Translations under genes and position numbers: made by a program
Shown: positions 52,690-54,832 of the stretch, one piece after another
How the letters are laid out: the number at the start of each line of letters is the position of its first letter
Numbering within the stretch: the stretch's first letter is position 1
Notes under the pieces: generated by a model
What the model was told of the DNA's origin: nothing
Seen by the model: only the letters and a program-made list of their open reading frames with translations
The model's database searches: none
IMG/VR virus record: IMGVR_UViG_3300037124_000029
Span: 1-54,832 of that record
Length of the DNA: 54,832 nucleotides
Reading direction: 5' to 3' (one strand)
Source: a virus
Lineage: Duplodnaviria; Caudoviricetes

Positions 52690-54544
52690 CTCCTTTTTCT
52701 AGCCATTCATCTGGGTTATATGTCAAATCTTTATTAGATAAATCTTTTAACTCTTGTTGTGTTACGTTATCTATAGTGTTAGTAATCCAATTATTATTAT
52801 TCCATAAAATTTCAAAATTATTGTTGGCTATATCTTCGTAACTATTAGCTTTAATAGGGTCTAATCGGCCATTGTTAAGATTATATTTAAAATAACATTC
52901 TTTGTTAGAATCTCCCAAATGCGCAAATTTCACTTTCAAGGTTTTAACAATAGTAATATTCAAATCAAAATCCCTATGTACAGCTAATCCATGAGGCATC
53001 ATGTCATACCATTCTCCACCCCCTTTTACATCGTAAAAATCAGGTATAACCCGTTTCCCAGAACCATCTTTTTCCATTTTGTTTGGATGCGCAACAATTA
53101 TAGGAATAATATCATATTTAACACAAAAATCATAAATTCTTGTTAAATAATGATTTGTATAATCATTTATCCGATTACCTGTTACTGAATCTATTTTTTC
53201 CTTACATCTAACTTTGTTGAAAGGATCTATAACTAATATTTTTATGCCTTTCCTGTATACTAATTCCTCTGCTTTTAAAAGAACCTTTTCTAGTGTATAA
53301 CTTTTTTCAATATCTATCATATAGATGTTATCTTCAACAAATGCTTCACAAGCTTCAAAAGCTTTGTTAAAATGACTCTTTTCTTTTGGAACAGAGCCTA
53401 ATAATTTACGCATTATTTTCTGGAAATGCAAGACATTTGGTTTGTTCTCAGGAGATGCGTATGCAGCCTTAAATCCATACTTTATTATCCAACTCAATAC
53501 TATTTGATCTACGACTTCTGATTTACCCATTGAAGGTATCCCAGTAACAAGAATAGGCTGACTAGAATTAACGCTAAATATCTTATCTAAATTTGGCATA
53601 GTGCCAGTTACATATCCTTGAGGCATGCCATTAATGAAAAAATCCCTAACATTTTCCTTACAATCATTATATGTAGAAACGTTTTCAAGAGGAATTTCAA
53701 TATGTGTCTCAAGAGCTTTTTTTAAAGCTTCCCTGCCATATTTCAATAAATAATCGTTTGAATCTTTACAGTCTTTTAAATCTACCAAAAAACATTTATG
53801 GGCGCCAAATCTCCGAATAAATTCTTTTGTGCCATTTTGACCAGGTTCATCCTGATCAAAAGCAAGTATTATTTTTTCAGCATTCAAAAAATGATCCACA
53901 TCATTATTAAGCCAATCAAGGTTAACATTTCCTTTTGATGTAAAACCATTAGGAGGACTAGTTACATTGTGTAATCCAGACTCCATAACTGCTAATACAT
54001 CCATCTCACCTTCAACACAATAGATTATATCTTGACTTTGAATATTGTCAAGGTTATAGGCCATCCTTTCAGCTCCTTTGTACAAATTAAATGTTTTATC
54101 GCCAGCTCTATACTTTATGTCAACTATTTCACCGTTCCTAAAATATGGGAATTGAATAGTGTTTTTGTTTCTCCCTTTTTCTTCTTTGCTGTTAGGAGGC
54201 ATAAAATGTACTCCTTCTCCAATTTTCATCAATCTTAACACAAACTGGCTTATGCCTCGTTTTTCAAACCATTTAACAGCATTATCGCTTAATTTTGTAT
54301 TATTTTCCCATTCCGGTATTACATAATTTTTATCATTATCGTTATTTCTTTTTTTGAATGTATGAAGCTGTAATATTTCCCCGCAATGAGCGCATTTGGC
54401 AAGACCACTGCTCCAGTAAATAGATAGGCATTTTTGTGTTTTCTTTTTCCTTGTATGGCTACATACCGGGCACGTATGCGATCTTGCATTTTCAGGAAAA
54501 GAATACTGATTAAAAACATCTATTTCAAATCCATTTATGGTCAT
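52664..54544 (-). CDS. Primase-helicase (T7 gp4/Twinkle-like)
   Basis: CPVC...CAHC Zn finger, VEGEMD and DQDEPG TOPRIM motifs, TGIPSMGKS Walker A, LVIDPFN, VAHP, KVKF. Confidence 0.92.
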   Translation of the reverse strand: MTINGFEIDVFNQYSFPENARSHTCPVCSHTRKKKTQKCLSIYWSSGLAKCAHCGEILQLHTFKKRNNDNDKNYVIPEWENNTKLSDNAVKWFEKRGISQFVLRLMKIGEGVHFMPPNSKEEKGRNKNTIQFPYFRNGEIVDIKYRAGDKTFNLYKGAERMAYNLDNIQSQDIIYCVEGEMDVLAVMESGLHNVTSPPNGFTSKGNVNLDWLNNDVDHFLNAEKIILAFDQDEPGQNGTKEFIRRFGAHKCFLVDLKDCKDSNDYLLKYGREALKKALETHIEIPLENVSTYNDCKENVRDFFINGMPQGYVTGTMPNLDKIFSVNSSQPILVTGIPSMGKSEVVDQIVLSWIIKYGFKAAYASPENKPNVLHFQKIMRKLLGSVPKEKSHFNKAFEACEAFVEDNIYMIDIEKSYTLEKVLLKAEELVYRKGIKILVIDPFNKVRCKEKIDSVTGNRINDYTNHYLTRIYDFCVKYDIIPIIVAHPNKMEKDGSGKRVIPDFYDVKGGGEWYDMMPHGLAVHRDFDLNITIVKTLKVKFAHLGDSNKECYFKYNLNNGRLDPIKANSYEDIANNNFEILWNNNNWITNTIDNVTQQELKDLSNKDLTYNPDEWLEKGGENETAPF

Positions 54545-54832
54545 GTTAATTTCCTCACATTAGTTGGTTCAGTTCCCCCAAAGTCATAATACATTTTTCT
54601 AGCTTCCTCTTCTGTGTCACATTCAAAAATCTTATAATGTTGCTGCATAAAGTCACATTCAAAACGGTTCTTTTTTTTCTTTAACACATGCTCAACTGTT
54701 TCTTCTTCTGGCAAATTGTTTAAAAATGTCGCGAAATTTTTCAAGTAAACATTGTGCTTTTTGCAATCTTCAACATAATTAGAAATTATAGACATTAAAG
54801 ATTTTTTTGTCTGTCCAGATTTCAATAATTTT
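54541..54832 (-). CDS. Replication initiator protein, 3' part (joins 1..615)
   Basis: In frame across the 127-bp overlap; YLKNFATFLN motif; ATGA overlap with the primase-helicase. Confidence 0.75.
   Translation of the reverse strand, partial: KLLKSGQTKKSLMSIISNYVEDCKKHNVYLKNFATFLNNLPEEETVEHVLKKKKNRFECDFMQQHYKIFECDTEEEARKMYYDFGGTEPTNVRKLT
54706..54832. repeat. 127-bp terminal overlap, copy 2
   Basis: Identical to 1-127. Confidence 0.95.

Noticed and set aside
607-54238. All + strand ORFs in the track
   Set aside because: They are shadows of - strand genes, with atypical composition and no recognisable motifs
9216-54519. Other nested - strand ORFs (9216..9407, 31223..31429, 54319..54519)
   Set aside because: Short alternative frames inside well-supported genes, with no motifs
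54706-54832. Biological direct terminal repeat
   Set aside because: 127 bp equals a common assembler k-mer size and falls mid-gene; best read as a circularisation overlap
1-54832. Stop-codon reassignment; tRNA genes
   Set aside because: Long genes are intact in code 11 with all three stops used; no cloverleaf recognised by eye (tRNAscan not run)

Overview
The window is an apparently complete, circularly assembled ~54.7 kb AT-rich tailed phage genome of siphovirus type (HK97-fold capsid, long tape measure). Positions 1-127 are identical to 54706-54832, and a replication-initiator ORF reads in frame across that junction. Promoter motifs (TTG-N18-22-TAnnTTTG), A-rich leaders without Shine-Dalgarno sequences, and signal peptides followed by Gln all point to a Bacteroidota host. 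Essentially every credible gene is on the - strand. The order is replication initiator and primase-helicase, many small accessory genes (GH15, NinG, C5 and N6A methyltransferases), terS/terL/portal/protease/capsid, head-tail, tail and fibre genes, lysis, then a recombination block with a PD-(D/E)XK nuclease-FtsK fusion. I recognise no integrase, tRNA, CRISPR array or reverse transcriptase. The main unexplained signals are: (1) integron attC-like sites that bound short cassettes supplying in-frame C-terminal modules to ORFs, with no recombinase in the genome; (2) four virion-module proteins, including the tail fibre and the gene after the capsid gene, carrying Sec signal peptides; (3) a candidate sRNA antisense to the leader of a 71-bp promoter cassette present in three copies; (4) a C5 methyltransferase whose motif IX is encoded by a nested alternative-frame ORF; (5) a paralogous second tail-tube protein. 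All product calls come from motif recognition by eye, with no database searches.
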